A stretch of 64,000 nucleotides of DNA, from NCBI RefSeq assembly GCF_009914755.1, contig NC_060947.1. The stretch is one strand, 5' to 3'. Of the stretch, positions 14,560 through 27,211 are shown in pieces. Position numbers and translations under genes: made by a program. This DNA is from the human T2T-CHM13v2.0 reference genome, Homo sapiens. How positions within the stretch are numbered: the first letter of the stretch is position 1; every line of letters starts with the position of its first letter. The notes under the pieces are model-generated. The model was not told the origin of the DNA. It searched no databases and saw nothing but the letters and a program-made list of their open reading frames with translations.

Positions 14560-14790
14560 AATAATAGCTTACCATGTTTTGCTCAGTAGCCTACCTTAAA
14601 TGCATTATCCCATTTAATCCACACAACAACCCTATGAAATATATACTGTTCTCCTCATTTTACAGATAGAGAAACTGAGGCACAAAGAATTGCTGAGTCA
14701 CACAGTTTGGGGAGTAACACAGCTGGGATTTGAAGTTAGATATATCAGACCTCAAGTCACACTCTTACTCACTGTACTCTACCGCCTCTG
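14560..14790 (-). mobile_element. MIR
   Basis: acaaccctatgaa...cattttacagatagagaaactgaggcaca. Confidence 0.8.
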
Positions 14791-14809
14791 CCAGGTCCAC
14801 AGTGTCTAG

Positions 14810-15448
14810 TAAAATTGAAAAGGCACAGACCTCATGATCCAGCAATTCCATTTGCAGGTCTGTGTTCTACAGAAACTTGCACATGTGCCCAAGGACCAAG
14901 TGTAAGAATGCTCATTGCAATGGACTGTGGTGGTAAAAAATTAGGACCAATCCAAATGTCCATAAAGATGTGGATGGTTAAATAAAACACAGAATATCCA
15001 CAGGATGAGATACTATAAAGCAGTTTAATGGCCTGAAATGGATGTATGTGGGTAGATCTTAGAAACAACATTGAATGTCTCTTCACTGAATAAAACAATA
15101 AAAGGAGAAAAAATATTGAATGAAAAAAGCAGATTGCAAAACAATATGTACAGTATGGTACTATTTGTCCCAATTAAAAAAAATCATTTCCCCCAAATTC
15201 CAAATCTTGTTTATGATCATGGTGAAAATGAACTGGAAAGATACACATCAAATTTATGACAATGGATGCCTTGGGGGCATTGGGAGAGGAATAGGACTGG
15301 GAATGAAGGACACAGGATATTCAACTTATGTATGATTTTTTTTTTAAGGATTTAAAGATAAGATAAAATCTTAACACATTTTAATTCTGAATGGTGGGAA
15401 TAAGTGTGTTTGTTATATTCTCTGTTACTATACTATATTTAAAAAATA
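14810..15448 (+). mobile_element. L1ME 3' region
   Basis: atgatccagcaattccatttgcagg...aatccaaatgtccataa. Confidence 0.65.
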
Positions 15449-15451
15449 GTA

Positions 15452-15695
15452 TCAGCTAATGTTTACAGAGCACTTATGAACCCGGTACAGTTCTAAGCAT
15501 TTCATGTGGATCAATTCATTAAATCCTAACAAGCATCCTATGAGGCAGGTACTATACTAGCTCCATGACAGATGAGGAACCTAACAGATAAGACACAGGT
15601 TAAATAACTTCCTTGCCTCACACAGCTAGTAAGTGGTGAAGCTGGACTCCAAACCTGGGTGTATCCGGCTTCAGGAACCCTATCTTTACCCTGTG
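15452..15695 (-). mobile_element. MIR
   Basis: gagcacttatg...gttctaagcatttcatg...acagatgaggaacc...cacacagctagtaagtgg. Confidence 0.8.
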
Positions 15696-16411
15696 TCATC
15701 TCTACTCTTCAGAACATTCTCAAAATCTAAACAAAACAGCACAAAGCCAAGTCCCTAAATGCTGAGGGAATGCGAAGTGGAGGAATGGACACAACTGTGC
15801 AGTTGTTGCCCTGATTGCCACCTTCTCTTTCTATTTGCTATATTAGCCTGAGGGGCTCCACTCTGGAGCTGAACTAGCTCTAGTTCAGAGTAGAACAGCA
15901 GGGACCTCTCTTTCTTGAGGGAATCAAAACCGAAAACTCTACTCTTCCTCAAAAACAAAAGAAAACAAAACAAAATCATAGGCAGAGCACAATGAGCTAG
16001 GCCCCACTGGGGATATTAGAGGGCACACACTCAATTTAAGCCTGCGTGTGAACTGGAGTTCCCATGGGTTAGCTAAGCCTAGTTCCTTGGCTACAAATGG
16101 TTGGGGCAGGGAGAAGCTGGGAGCCATGTAGGGTAGAAAAGTGAGACTTGGAGGGAAGAGGGAAATCCTTTGGCTTCCTCCAGTGGCTGCTCCTCTCCCT
16201 GCAGAAGGATGTGCTATCTCGTGCTTAAGGAGTTTAGTAGCAGGAGGAAAGGGAAAGATGGAGGCCAGCAGGGCGGGTTTCTGTAGCTCTCTTCCTGCTA
16301 TAGCCTCTGGTTTTAGTAGAGTAATTCCCTCACTCCCTGCCGTCATCATCAAAGCAGCTCCCAGGCTCCAAGTAAATAACAGACAGGAAAACAGTGGGGT
16401 GGCAAGAGAGG

Positions 16412-16625
16412 TTGTGTAGGGTAGTGGTGAAGAGCTCAGACTCCAGAGCCACCCTGCCTGGGTCTGAATCCTAGCCCTGCCACTTACTAATTCTGTCAAC
16501 TTGGGCAAGCCATCTATGAAATGGGGATAATAATAGTTGTTGTGTTGTGAGGATACAGATAAATAACACATCTAAAGCACTTAAAACAGTGCCAGGCACA
16601 TAGTAATCACTCCATGAGTGCTTGT
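16412..16625 (+). mobile_element. MIR
   Basis: gtagtggtgaagagctcagactccagagcc...aaagcacttaaaacagtgccaggcacatagtaa. Confidence 0.85.
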
Positions 16626-16639
16626 TGTACTTCTTCTTT

Positions 16640-17210
16640 CTGAGTACCTGCTTGTTTCCAGGGACTGTGGTAGGAATTAGGGATGCAGGGGAGGATCAGA
16701 CAGTTTTTGCCCTTGAATTTAGTATAGTTGAGGAGACAGATGAGTAAATGAATTACAATACAATATAATAAGGTCTCAAGTTAACTATGTGTGTCAGATA
16801 TTATAGGATCGCAGGGAAAGGAGTGATAAACTATGGAGGGGAGGGGTGGCCAGGGAGGACTTCACAGACAGATGACATGGGGATTGGAATTTGAAGGAAG
16901 AGTAGGACTTCATCCAGCAGGCAAGTAGGAGGAAGGATATTCCTAGTAGAAGAAGTACCTTGGTCAAAGGCATAGTGGAATCAGAGTTTAGGGCAGGAGT
17001 AGGGATAGCATAGTGGGAAAAATAGATTAGGGCCCAATCTAGAACGATCTTGTGTTCTCCGCTAAGAATTTCAGACTTATAAGTTCTGGGAGGGTGTGTG
17101 TGTGTGTGTTTGTGTATTTGAAGCAGGTAGATAACATGATTAAAGTTGAACTGTTACAAAATAACTGATATGAAGGATGGATTATGGGTGGAAGACTGGA
17201 GGGATACCAG
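16640..17210 (-). mobile_element. L2 fragment with internal (TG)n
   Basis: tgagtacctgc...ggaggacttcacagacagatgacat...ggaaggatattcctag; (TG)n near 17094-17115. Confidence 0.6.
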
Positions 17211-17482
17211 TCTAGATGCGCTGATCCCCCAAGTCCCACCCCACAACTCCTCCCTCAGTGTTCCCTTTATTAATCAACCATTCACCCACTTGCCCAAGAA
17301 AGAGCCTTGGGGTCTTTGGTAAGCCTTTGCTCTCCTTCACTCCTATATCTACTTCATCAAGTCTTGTTGGTCTACCTCCAAAATGGATCTGGAATCTAGA
17401 GGACCACAAAGGCCTCCTAACTGGCCTTTCTAGTTCTCTTGGTATCTCTCTGTAATCCTTTGTCTATACAAATGCCACAGTG

Positions 17483-17485
<3 letters not shown>

Positions 17486-17527
<42 letters not shown>
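17486..17527. repeat. (AC)21 microsatellite
   Basis: Perfect dinucleotide run directly 5' of the MLT1 LTR. Confidence 0.95.
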
Positions 17528-17530
<3 letters not shown>

Positions 17531-17897
17531 TATGGAATGAATTGTGTGTCTTCCTACCCCAATTCACACGTTGAAGCCCTAACCCCTAATGTGGCTGCAT
17601 TTGGAGCAAGGAAGTAATTAAGGTTAAATAAGGTCATGGTGAAGGGGGTAGCTGATCTGATAAAATTAGTGTCCTTATGAGTTTTCTCTCTGCAAACACA
17701 CCAAGGAAAGGCCATGTGAGAATGTGGCAGGAAGGTGGCTGACTGCAAGCCATGAGGTGCACCTTCACAAGAAACTGACCATGCTGGTGCCTTGATCTTG
17801 GACTTCCAGCCTCCAGAATTGTGAGAAAATAAATTTCTGTTGTTTAAACCATCAAGTTTATGGTATTTTGTTATGGCTGCCTGAGCTGACTAATACA
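17528..17897 (+). mobile_element. MLT1A-type MaLR solo LTR
   Basis: tgctatggaatgaattgtgt...gaagccctaaccc...aataaatttctgttgtttaa...gactaataca (TG...CA ends). Confidence 0.9.
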
Positions 17898-18299
17898 ATT
17901 AGTTTTAGCTACATTATTAATACTTGTTTATGCACTGTCTTGTGTAATTTTTCTCTAATTGGTTGTCAGGTGCAGCTTTTGCCTTTCCACTAGTCTATAA
18001 CTTCCTAGAAGTCATGGATCATGCCTCTTAAATCACCAGAAGCACCTAAACCAAGTCAGGCACACAGTGGTAGGCAATAAATGCTTATGAAAGGAATGGA
18101 CACAACTGCACAGGGAGACACGCTGAGCATTCATAGCTAAAAAAGGATACTGAGTCTCTGGAGTTGGTGTTAGCTTTGTCACAGATATCCTAAGTGTCTC
18201 GAAACAAATTAGCATCTTCAGCTGTTTTGTTTCTTCCCTCCATTATGGAGTTTTGTGAGGCTTAAATATGATCCGGTATTTTCAAAGGCTTTGTGAGGA

Positions 18300-18580
18300 A
18301 GCAGAGAGCCTAGGTTTTGAGTCAGCAAGATCTGGGTTCAAAATATGGCTTTCTCACTTACTAGCCCTGATAAGAGCACTGACCTTATGAGAGGTGCTTT
18401 GTACACACAGAAGCATTCAATCTTCACAGCCACCCTGCAAGGTGGATAATGAGGATCGCCATTTTAGGGATGAAGAAACTGAGCTTCTGAGAGACTGGGG
18501 AAATTACTCAAGATCACACTTCTAGTTAAAGGATCAGAACCCCAAATTGTTTGGCTCAAAAGCTCATGTTCTTTTTACCC
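18300..18580. mobile_element. MIR fragments (both orientations)
   Basis: gagtcagcaagatctgggttcaaa (+); cattttagggatgaagaaactgag (-). Confidence 0.6.
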
Positions 18581-18835
18581 AGCCACAGGCTCCAAAAGAA
18601 AACAAAGCTTAACCTCTAGGAAGAATGACTTCCTATACTGGATTTAACAAGATCCCATGTTCTAGGGACAAAAGTTCTTGGCTTTCTTTAGGGAGACAGG
18701 AAGCTGCCACCCTAATATTTAAGTAATATAAGAACAGTCGGAATCAGATTTTCAAAAGGGACCATGATCCCAAAGGAGATTATGAGCTATTTTACCAGGC
18801 TGAGGGTACCATGGGGGGCAGGGATGTGGATGCCT

Positions 18836-19377
18836 TATTTTTTATTATTTTTTTAGTTGACAATAACTATACATATTTATGGGTACAGTGTGATATTTCT
18901 TTTTTCCCTTAATTTTTTTTAATTTTTAATTTTTGTGGGTATATAGCACATACACATATTTGTGGAGTACATGAGATATTTTGATACAGGCATACATGTG
19001 TAATATCACATTAGGGTAAATGGGGTATCCATCACCTCAAACATTCATCATGTCTTTGTGTTATGAACATTCCAGTTGTACTCCCTCAGTTGTTCTAAAA
19101 TGTACAACAAATCATTGCTGACTATAGTCACCCTGTTGGCTAATTTGATAGCCAGATCTTATTCATTGCCTCTAACTATATTTTTGTACCCATTAACAGT
19201 GTGATATTTTGATACATGTATATAATGTATAAAGATCAAATCAGGATAATTAGCATATCCATCATATCAAACATTTATTATATTTCTTTCTGTTGGGAAC
19301 ATTCAAAATTCACTCTTCTAGCTATTTGAAAATATATAAGAAATTGTTGTTAATTATAGTCACCCTATAGTGTATAG
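18836..19377 (-). mobile_element. L1MA 3' end containing a second nested L1MA 3' end (18899-19196)
   Basis: Two T-rich tails; the inner element is flanked by TSD acagtgtgatattt (18885-18898, 19197-19210). Confidence 0.85.
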
Positions 19378-20569
19378 CTATTTTATTTACTTCAGGCACA
19401 CTGAACCTAGCATTGTGCTTGGCTCAAGGAAGCACTCAATGACTATTTGTGGAATGATAATTTCACAGTGTAGCTCAGAGGATGAAAGACATTACATTCT
19501 GTGGCCTGGTATAGTGGCCACCAGAAAAGTGTAGCTATAGAGATTAGGCCTGAAAGAGCCAGTCACATAGCTGCCAAGATTTGGAACTGAAGAAGTATAT
19601 CTTTAATATGTTTTAGAGTCACAATGAAACAAGATTCCCTGATGGGAATTTTCCCAAAGACTGGATCCAGACACCCAATAAAAGGGTTACAAGTGTACTT
19701 GCATATAATTTGCAAATGGTTTATGTCTAACTGCATTCTCTGTCATCTATTCCCTGGTGATTTTCAAGGCAAAAATTTATCGTTACCCTAAAGGTTATTG
19801 CATAATTTATAAAAATAATAAAAGTTTATCTTCTCTTCCTTAAAAAAACAGAACAGGCAGTACCATATTTTGCTGTCAAGGCTGTTCAGCACAGACAACT
19901 CATATCTTTATTATTGCCATAGAAAATGTTTGATCAATCACATTTAGGCTGTACTATAAAATTTAAAATGTGAGGTGTACCTGTATTAGCCAGTATCACT
20001 AAAGTTCCTTGGACATCAACTCCTATGTCATCAACATGAGGACTGTCCCATTCAAATGGCACTTATCTGGGTTTCAGTGATGTAGAGGCCCTCCATGTAG
20101 GAATCTGTGTTACTGAGGACTCAAAGCAAGAGCAGTTTTCCCCACTTCTCAGAAACACAGTTAAGGCCCAGTGGCAGAGTCACTCTTCACAAGAGTAGGG
20201 GAGGCTGGGGTGACAGAAAGCAGAACTGTGAATACCCATTCCTAACTCACAGGCAGAAGTTTTGCTTTGTAAGCTGATCCTTGACAGTGCAGTAATTTAT
20301 AAATGGAAAGAGATAGGGAACTCATCATTCAGTAAGCATTTATTGAGGGCCTGCTATATGTGCAAGGCACTAACTAGATAAAGCATCACAGCTTAATAAG
20401 GAGAGCTTTCAAATGTATCAGGCCTTTTCTTGTCATTGCCTTAAAATATCATGTCCTGTATTTAAAAATGGCAATGTAATCATGAGGAAAAAATCCAAAC
20501 TCAACATTAGTACAACTTATATTTGCCCTCTCAAGTGATGGTAAAAAGAACTCTCTAAATGCTTTAATG

Positions 20570-20895
20570 AGCTTTTGCACACACTGTTCCCTCTGCTTGG
20601 AATTCTCTTCCCCCTCTCCTGTCTGCCTGGTGAAATTCTACCCTCTCTTTAAGAAACAGCTCAAATATCATCTCCTTTGTGAACCCTTCTGACACCTCCT
20701 GAGCGAATTAATCATTCCCCTCTATACATTCGCAAAGCTCTTTGCAAGGAACCTCTACTCTCACACTGTACCATAATTTTTTCTTTCTCACACTTTACCC
20801 TGAGCTCCATAAATCAGGGCACACCTCTGATTCATATTGGTATCCCCAGCACAATGCCTGCATATAGCGGTAGTCAGTAAATGATTGCTGAAATT
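20570..20895 (+). mobile_element. L2 3' fragment
   Basis: ctgttccctctgcttggaat...cagctcaaatatcatctcc...cagcacaatgcctgcatatag. Confidence 0.7.
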
Positions 20896-23800
20896 CCCTG
20901 ACCACTTTGAAAAAGAAATCTATTAATACATTACAGAGAACTTCACAGAAACTTAACAAGGCTTTGCACATAGTATGTGCTTAATAAAGGGCTGCTGACT
21001 CTGAATGTAGTAAAAATGGTACATCTCTTAGGTCAAGTCTATATATAGCAATTCTTGCTAGTCCCTTCATGCCACAATAGTAGGTACCAACTCTACACAG
21101 ACAGACATCCCTGTGATGTTTCAGGCACTGAATATTACACTTGCCTTAAACCATCCACCCCTGCCAGCTTACCAGGTGGCACAAATGTCTCACTATTAGT
21201 CACTTCTTGGGGTTAAGGCATTAGCTACAGAAGTGCCCTACTGGACTGCTTTCAGATGGAGGAAAAAATACACCAGAAGCCACCTGAAAGACTTCACATC
21301 TTTCAGAGGACCTGGAGATCATTCATGCCCCTCTCCTTCCAACTAAAATCTGTACTCCAGAGAGAACTCAGAACACAGGAAAGGATCCCAAAGAGTCAGT
21401 GTTGAGCACAATTCAAATGGTACCCTGTATTCAGAGTCGACAGTACCTACTAGCTTAGAATTATACACTTGCTGTTTGTAAAAGTGCTGTGAGGCACAAA
21501 TCTAAAGAGGGTAAAAAATGAGTAAACATTATTTATATCAAAGCACTAAAAAAATTCCAAACTTTGGCATTTAATAGTAGCCATTTGAAAAATTCTACTA
21601 TCTTTTCTCTGGGTGTGGGAGAATAAAACCCTTTTTCTGTTCTGAAAAGAGATGTGTAGAAGGGAACTCATTTTGTAGTTTGAAAGTTCTACTTTTACTG
21701 GAAATACACCTATCTTGTAGTTCTTCAGCATATAATCACCAAAGACTTTAAAAAATTATTATTATTTTGGCTAACACAGGCACAAAATTGTCAATTAATA
21801 CTATGTTAGCTAGAAACCAGTTGGGCAAATACCAGATTTCCTGGGCATTCTACTTAAGAGTAATGGAGATGATCTTTCCCAAATTTTCAAAATCCAGGAA
21901 TGTTCTGTGACTCATTGATTGCTTAGGGAGTTCTTATTCAGCGTTGGTAGTTTAATAAATTAGGCAGAAGGTCAAAGCTAAAATCCGTTGAATTTAGCTG
22001 AAACAAAGACTAGTCTTGCTTCCAAATCATTGTTAGTATAATTTGAGCAGTAAAATACTGGAGAGCCCAGAGGTAAGCAAAGTTTCTCAGTGTAATCCTC
22101 TTCTGCCTCTGTTAGCTTGGGAGGCATGGGTGAGAGAGGGACAATGCCAACACAAACGGAATTGTACAGTGAAGAAAGAAAAGGAGGGCCAGAACAGTGG
22201 GTGAAAAGTTAACTTACTTCACTTAGACCACCATATTAAAACCAGATGTGTCTAAAATGTTGGATGAGGAAAAACTGGTGTTACTGATAGCGTGAACAAA
22301 CCCTTTGTGCTTTCCTCCCAATACAGTATCATTACAGGGTGCCAGAGGTGTCATTTTCTTTCATTCCACATGTAGCACATTCTCAACTCGTTAAACCGTT
22401 TCTAATCTTATGTAATTAGATAGGTCTCGCTACGTCCCTCAGTTGAAGGATTTTATGAGCTGCCTTGTTCTGTCTCCCTTTTGTGACAGCTTCTTTGGGG
22501 CTGGAAACTAACATTTGCTAACATTTCTTCGCTTCTGGCACCTGTCAGCTGGATGGGCTTTGGGAAAAGGAGGATGGGGAGGGAAGGAATGTAACACCCC
22601 CCACTCCCCGATGCCCTGGTATTAGAGGCGTCTTTGTCTCTACTTAGGGATTACTTTGTTCTGGAAAGTGCTGTTAAGCACACACTCAAAATAAACAATG
22701 GGCAGATGGATGAATGTAATGATGAAGTTCTTGTTTTTTTATTTAATTTCATCACAAATTTCGAGTTCCTTTGTTTACTAAATGTAGAGCCTAGGGGAGG
22801 TACTAACCAGAGGTAGAAGTCCTTTAATATGGCCCAAGGTTGACCCACCCTGCAAAGTGGATGGGGCTTGGCTCTTTGATCTTCCTAGTCCAGTTACTCT
22901 GTGCAGAGCCCCGCCACTGGATACAGAGACTCCAGTATGACTGCCTTCTCCTCACTTCAGAGCAGAGTTGTGGGGAGTCATCAGATATCTGACATCAGAA
23001 TCAAAGGCTATATAAACACAAGGGTTTTTACTTCAATGCAGAAATAATAATGGCATTTTGGAATTGAGAGTCTTTCCTTCAAAAGGCTTTAAAGCAATCC
23101 CCCCACCAAGAGCTTTCTTAGGGTCATTTCTTGACCATTCTATGATGTCTTTGTGAGGTCGCTGACTGGCAAATTCTCTCCATGTGTAGACGGGGAAATC
23201 CAGAATTAAGGCCGATTTATGCTTCTATCCCTTGGGACTTGTGCATGATTGATTATATGCAGGGCCTGACCTCTCACCACAAAATTCTGTGGTTTTTGTC
23301 CAATAATGGTAAAAGACAACTGAAAGAGTGCAGCGTACAATAGAAATGGGTGAGTGACAGGGCCACCTGACGTCTCCTAGTACTTTACAGTTTATAAATC
23401 GCTTTCAGAGTTGCCCTTTCATGGATAGGCAGCGTACACTCCTATTTCACCAAAGCAACTGGACTGCGGAAATAAGAGCCAGGGTGCTGGCACAGTTATG
23501 GAGCCCTGAATTTCTCACGCTGGGGGCGGGGCAGTGCGTGGGTAAGCACTTTGCCTTCCAGGAATAGTACTGCTCTGAGACGCCTCTGTAGACTGCCTGG
23601 AACGAAGATTAAGCCCAGGGTTCTCTTTGCATTCCATTTAGCAGTTTGCTCATGCTTTCACTACAGATCAGTCTCAAGAATTCCTCTGCCAGCTGAGAAT
23701 CTGAATGTTGCTTTGGCTGTAAGACAGTATCTTATTTATTCTCATAAATCCCCTCCTCCTCTTGTCCTTGATTATTTTCACCATAAAATGGAAACAGGGG

Positions 23801-25608
23801 CAAATTATGTGAGCATTTGGGTGCTGGACTGCAGCCACCCTTGGCAATCTTTGTCAACCCTTGAGATTCTCACCAGCATCGACTAAAGAACAGTGACTCA
23901 CCCAGAGTAACACATAGTCCCTCTTGCCTTTAAAAAAGGAGTTCCTCAAAAGTGCTGCTAAAAAACAAAACAAAACAACTATAGTTCAAGGGGGGAAAAA
24001 AGTGCTAAGAGCAAAAGATTAATTTTAAACAAGGTCAGAAGATTTGGAAGAAGGAAAGGGTGATTATCTGCAAGTGAAAAAGTAGTTTGTACATTTTAGA
24101 TTTCCTTTCCAGTTCCAAATTTGAGGCTTAAACATCTTTTGTCTGGGGGAAGTTAGGACATAAGGAAGTTAGGTCACCTCAGCTCCAGCTTCCTATTGGA
24201 AAATGCCCAGGAGCTCTGTCTGAGCAGTTTGCTGCTCAGCACCCCTGGCCAGAGGGGTGGAAGGGAGACAAAAATTGGGAAGGAATAAAAGTGAGAGGCA
24301 GCCAGCCCAAATGCTGCCTAGCACTCTTCTCATTCTAGCCAGCTGTATAGACAGCTGTCCCTTTAATTTAACCCTTAGTCCATCTCCCAGGGACAAAGCT
24401 CATTTTGCATACTGAAGTCTCTTCTTAGCTACTGTGGCTGTTTTAAAGCACAGGGAAAATGCAGAGGTAAGGGAGGTTATGTGAGGAAAACTTGACAAGG
24501 AAAGTTTTTTCCCCCTCAAAATGCGTACGCAAGGAAGAACTCATGAGGGCTACATACAGAGAGACAGGAAGCACTGTAATCAAAGGCAGTCTGGAGGAGG
24601 AAGGACAGACTGCACAGACTTGAAGGACAGTTTTGCTTAAACTTCTATCTACATTCTCAAGGCTAATTGTGTGAATGGGAGTTTCTTATTCAAGAATGGC
24701 CATTTGTAGATGCACGTGGGTTTGTTTTTCTATACTTCCAGAGAGCCAATTCAGCAATACTTTCAAAGGCTCTGAACAATAGAGAGGAGCTTAGTTACTC
24801 ACTAACTTGGAGACTAGGAGTGTAAATATGCAAACTGTTTTCCCCTTAAGCAGACTTAAAATCAGAATCCTAGGGTGTTCAGGCTGGAAATGATCTTAAT
24901 GTGTGTTCTAGTTAAACCTTGAAGAGGACTGAGGAGAAATTTGAGTGTGGAGAAGGGAAGTCAATTGCCCAAGGTCACACGAGCTAGTAGAAGATGCCAT
25001 TAGAAAGAAACTAGGTATCTTTCTACTAGCCCAGTGGTTTCTGCCCACCCTCTCACTTCCCACCTTCAGATACCCCAAAATTTACCCACCGTGGCAAAGT
25101 CTGTTGGTTTTTCCCCTGGCTATTTCAATTGCTATCCCATGACAATGTTGGCAGGCTCAGTGACTGAGCACACCCTTGATCATAAGAGAGGGCATGCTTT
25201 TTCCTGTACTCCTGACCTAGCTGGGGAAGAGCCATGTTGCTGTCTGCAGCCTGCCTTTGGCTCAATGGGGTGTAATGGGGAAACCAGGGAGACTGTGTCT
25301 CTAAAGGCAACACTGCTGCTGTGAAGGGTTGTATCCTCTTAAAAGAGTTTTTAAAAATTTTTTTCTTTCAAAAAAAGTTAATTATTTAAGTTGACAAAAG
25401 TGTATATATTTATGGTATATGATGTGATGTTTTAATATATACATACATTGTGAAAGGATTAAATCAAGCAAATTAACATATCCTTCAGGGCTGTGGGGAG
25501 GAGAGTGGGGAGATGTTGGTCAAAGGGAACAAAGTTCAGTTAGATGAGAGGAGTAAGTTTTGGAAATGTACTGTACAGCACAATGACTATGGTTAATTAT
25601 AATGTACT

Positions 25609-25756
25609 GGCTGGGCATGGTGGTGTGTGCCTTTAATCCCAGCTACTTGGGAGGTTGAGGTAGGAGGATCACTTGAGCTCAGAAGTTTGAGACCAGCCTT
25701 GACAACATAGTCAGACCTTATCTCAAATAACAACAACAACAAAAACAACAACAACA
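25609..25756 (+). mobile_element. FLAM_A-like Alu monomer with (CAA)n tail
   Basis: Monomer; TSD ataatgtact at 25599-25608 and 25757-25766. Confidence 0.85.
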
Positions 25757-25767
25757 ATAATGTACTG

Positions 25768-26168
25768 TGTATGAAGCTGTTCTTGAATTGCTACAAAGAA
25801 ATATCTGAGACTGGGTACTTTATAAAGAAAAGAGGTTTAATTAGCTCACAATTTTGCAGGCTGCACTGGAAGTATGGTGCCAGGCATCTGCTTGGCTTCT
25901 GATGAGGCCTCAGGAAGCTTACAATCATGGCAGAGGGCAAATGGGGGGCTGGCACATCACATGGTGAAAGCAGGAGCAAGAGTGATGGGGGGAAGTGCCA
26001 CATACTTTCAAATAACCAGATCTCATGACTCACTATCACGAGGGTGGCATCAAAACATGAGGGATCTGCCCCCATGATCCAATCACCTCCTACTAGGCCC
26101 CATCTGCAACACTGGGGATTACAATTCAAACTGAGATTTGAGTGCGGACAAATATTCAAACTATATCA
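25768..26168 (-). mobile_element. MSTA-type MaLR solo LTR
   Basis: tgtat...ctgagactgggtactttataaagaaaagaggtttaatt...aaactatatca; 5-bp TSD tactg/cactg. Confidence 0.9.
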
Positions 26169-27211
26169 CACTGTATACTTGAAAATTGCTGAGAGTAGAT
26201 TTTAAATGTTTTCCATTATAAGAGTCTTTATCTCTTCTGCAGCTCCTACTCTGAAAGTGTCAGAGAGTATTCCTCTCCATTCTTCATTTAAAAATGATAT
26301 TGATACATACAAAATTCTTAATATATGTAAATCATATTTGTATGTAATTTCTACATGTAAAATACTTAATACATACGTAAGTTATGAAGTCTAATAATAG
26401 AATAAGCACCTGTGAACTTACCATTGACCTTCAGCAATAGAACATGACCAGTGCCATTGATGCTCCCTGCACACTTCCTCCACCCTAGAGGTACCCTGCC
26501 TTTCTCCCAGAGGAAGCCACTATTGAGAGCTTCTAAAAATCACTCCCTTGCATTTCTTTAGTCTTCCCACATATACAAGTATCCTTAACAAGATACTTTT
26601 TAGTTTTGCTTGGTTTTGAACTGTAAATATTGGTATCACACTAAACTTCTTTTGAAGTTGTTTTTACACAAAATTATGTGTCTGAGAATCTTTCACATTG
26701 TTATTGGCATCAGTTCATTCATTTTAATTGTTTCATAGTATTTCACTGTGTTACCATACCACAAATATCTGTTGTTTCTAGTTTTCTTGCTATTCTGAAC
26801 AATGTTGCTATAAACTTTCTTTATAGTACACCTGTGCAAGTTTCTCAAGTCTATTTATAGGGGTGGAATTAATGAGTTGTAAAGTATACACATGTTGAAA
26901 GTTATTAGATAATGCCAAATTGTTTCCCAAGTTGGTTGTTTAATATATACTCCCATCAGAAGTCTTCACTAACTGCTCCACATCATCACTAACACTTAGT
27001 GTTGTTTAAATTACATTATTTTTTTTCCAATCTGGTGGATTAAAATGGAATCTCATGTTGTTGGTTTCTTTCGTCATTTATTGTGGTTTTAATTTACATT
27101 TCCCTGATTACCAAGGAGGTTGAGCATCTTTTCATGTTTCTTGGTCATTCAGGTTTCCTCTTCTGTGAAAGGCTTGTTCATATCTTTTACTTGCTTTTCT
27201 TCTGGATTATC

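Larger units (their letters stand above)
25354..26215 (-). mobile_element. L1MA8/9-type 3' end with 5' inversion, hosting a FLAM and an MST LTR
   Basis: Minus-strand tail segment 25354-25486; plus-strand upstream segment 25487-26214; degenerate TSD ttaaaagagttttta / ttataagagtcttta. Confidence 0.8.

Noticed and set aside
15939-16571. Longest ORF (210 aa, minus strand)
   Set aside because: Its N-terminal part is antisense MIR sequence, it has no ATG start or recognisable domain, and its length is compatible with chance.
21168-21290. Minus-strand exon ending at a CTG|GTAAGC donor
   Set aside because: The acceptor is weak and all three frames contain stops.
24230-24262. REST/CTCF-like motif (ctcagcacccctggccagagggg)
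   Set aside because: It only partially matches either consensus and is likely chance.
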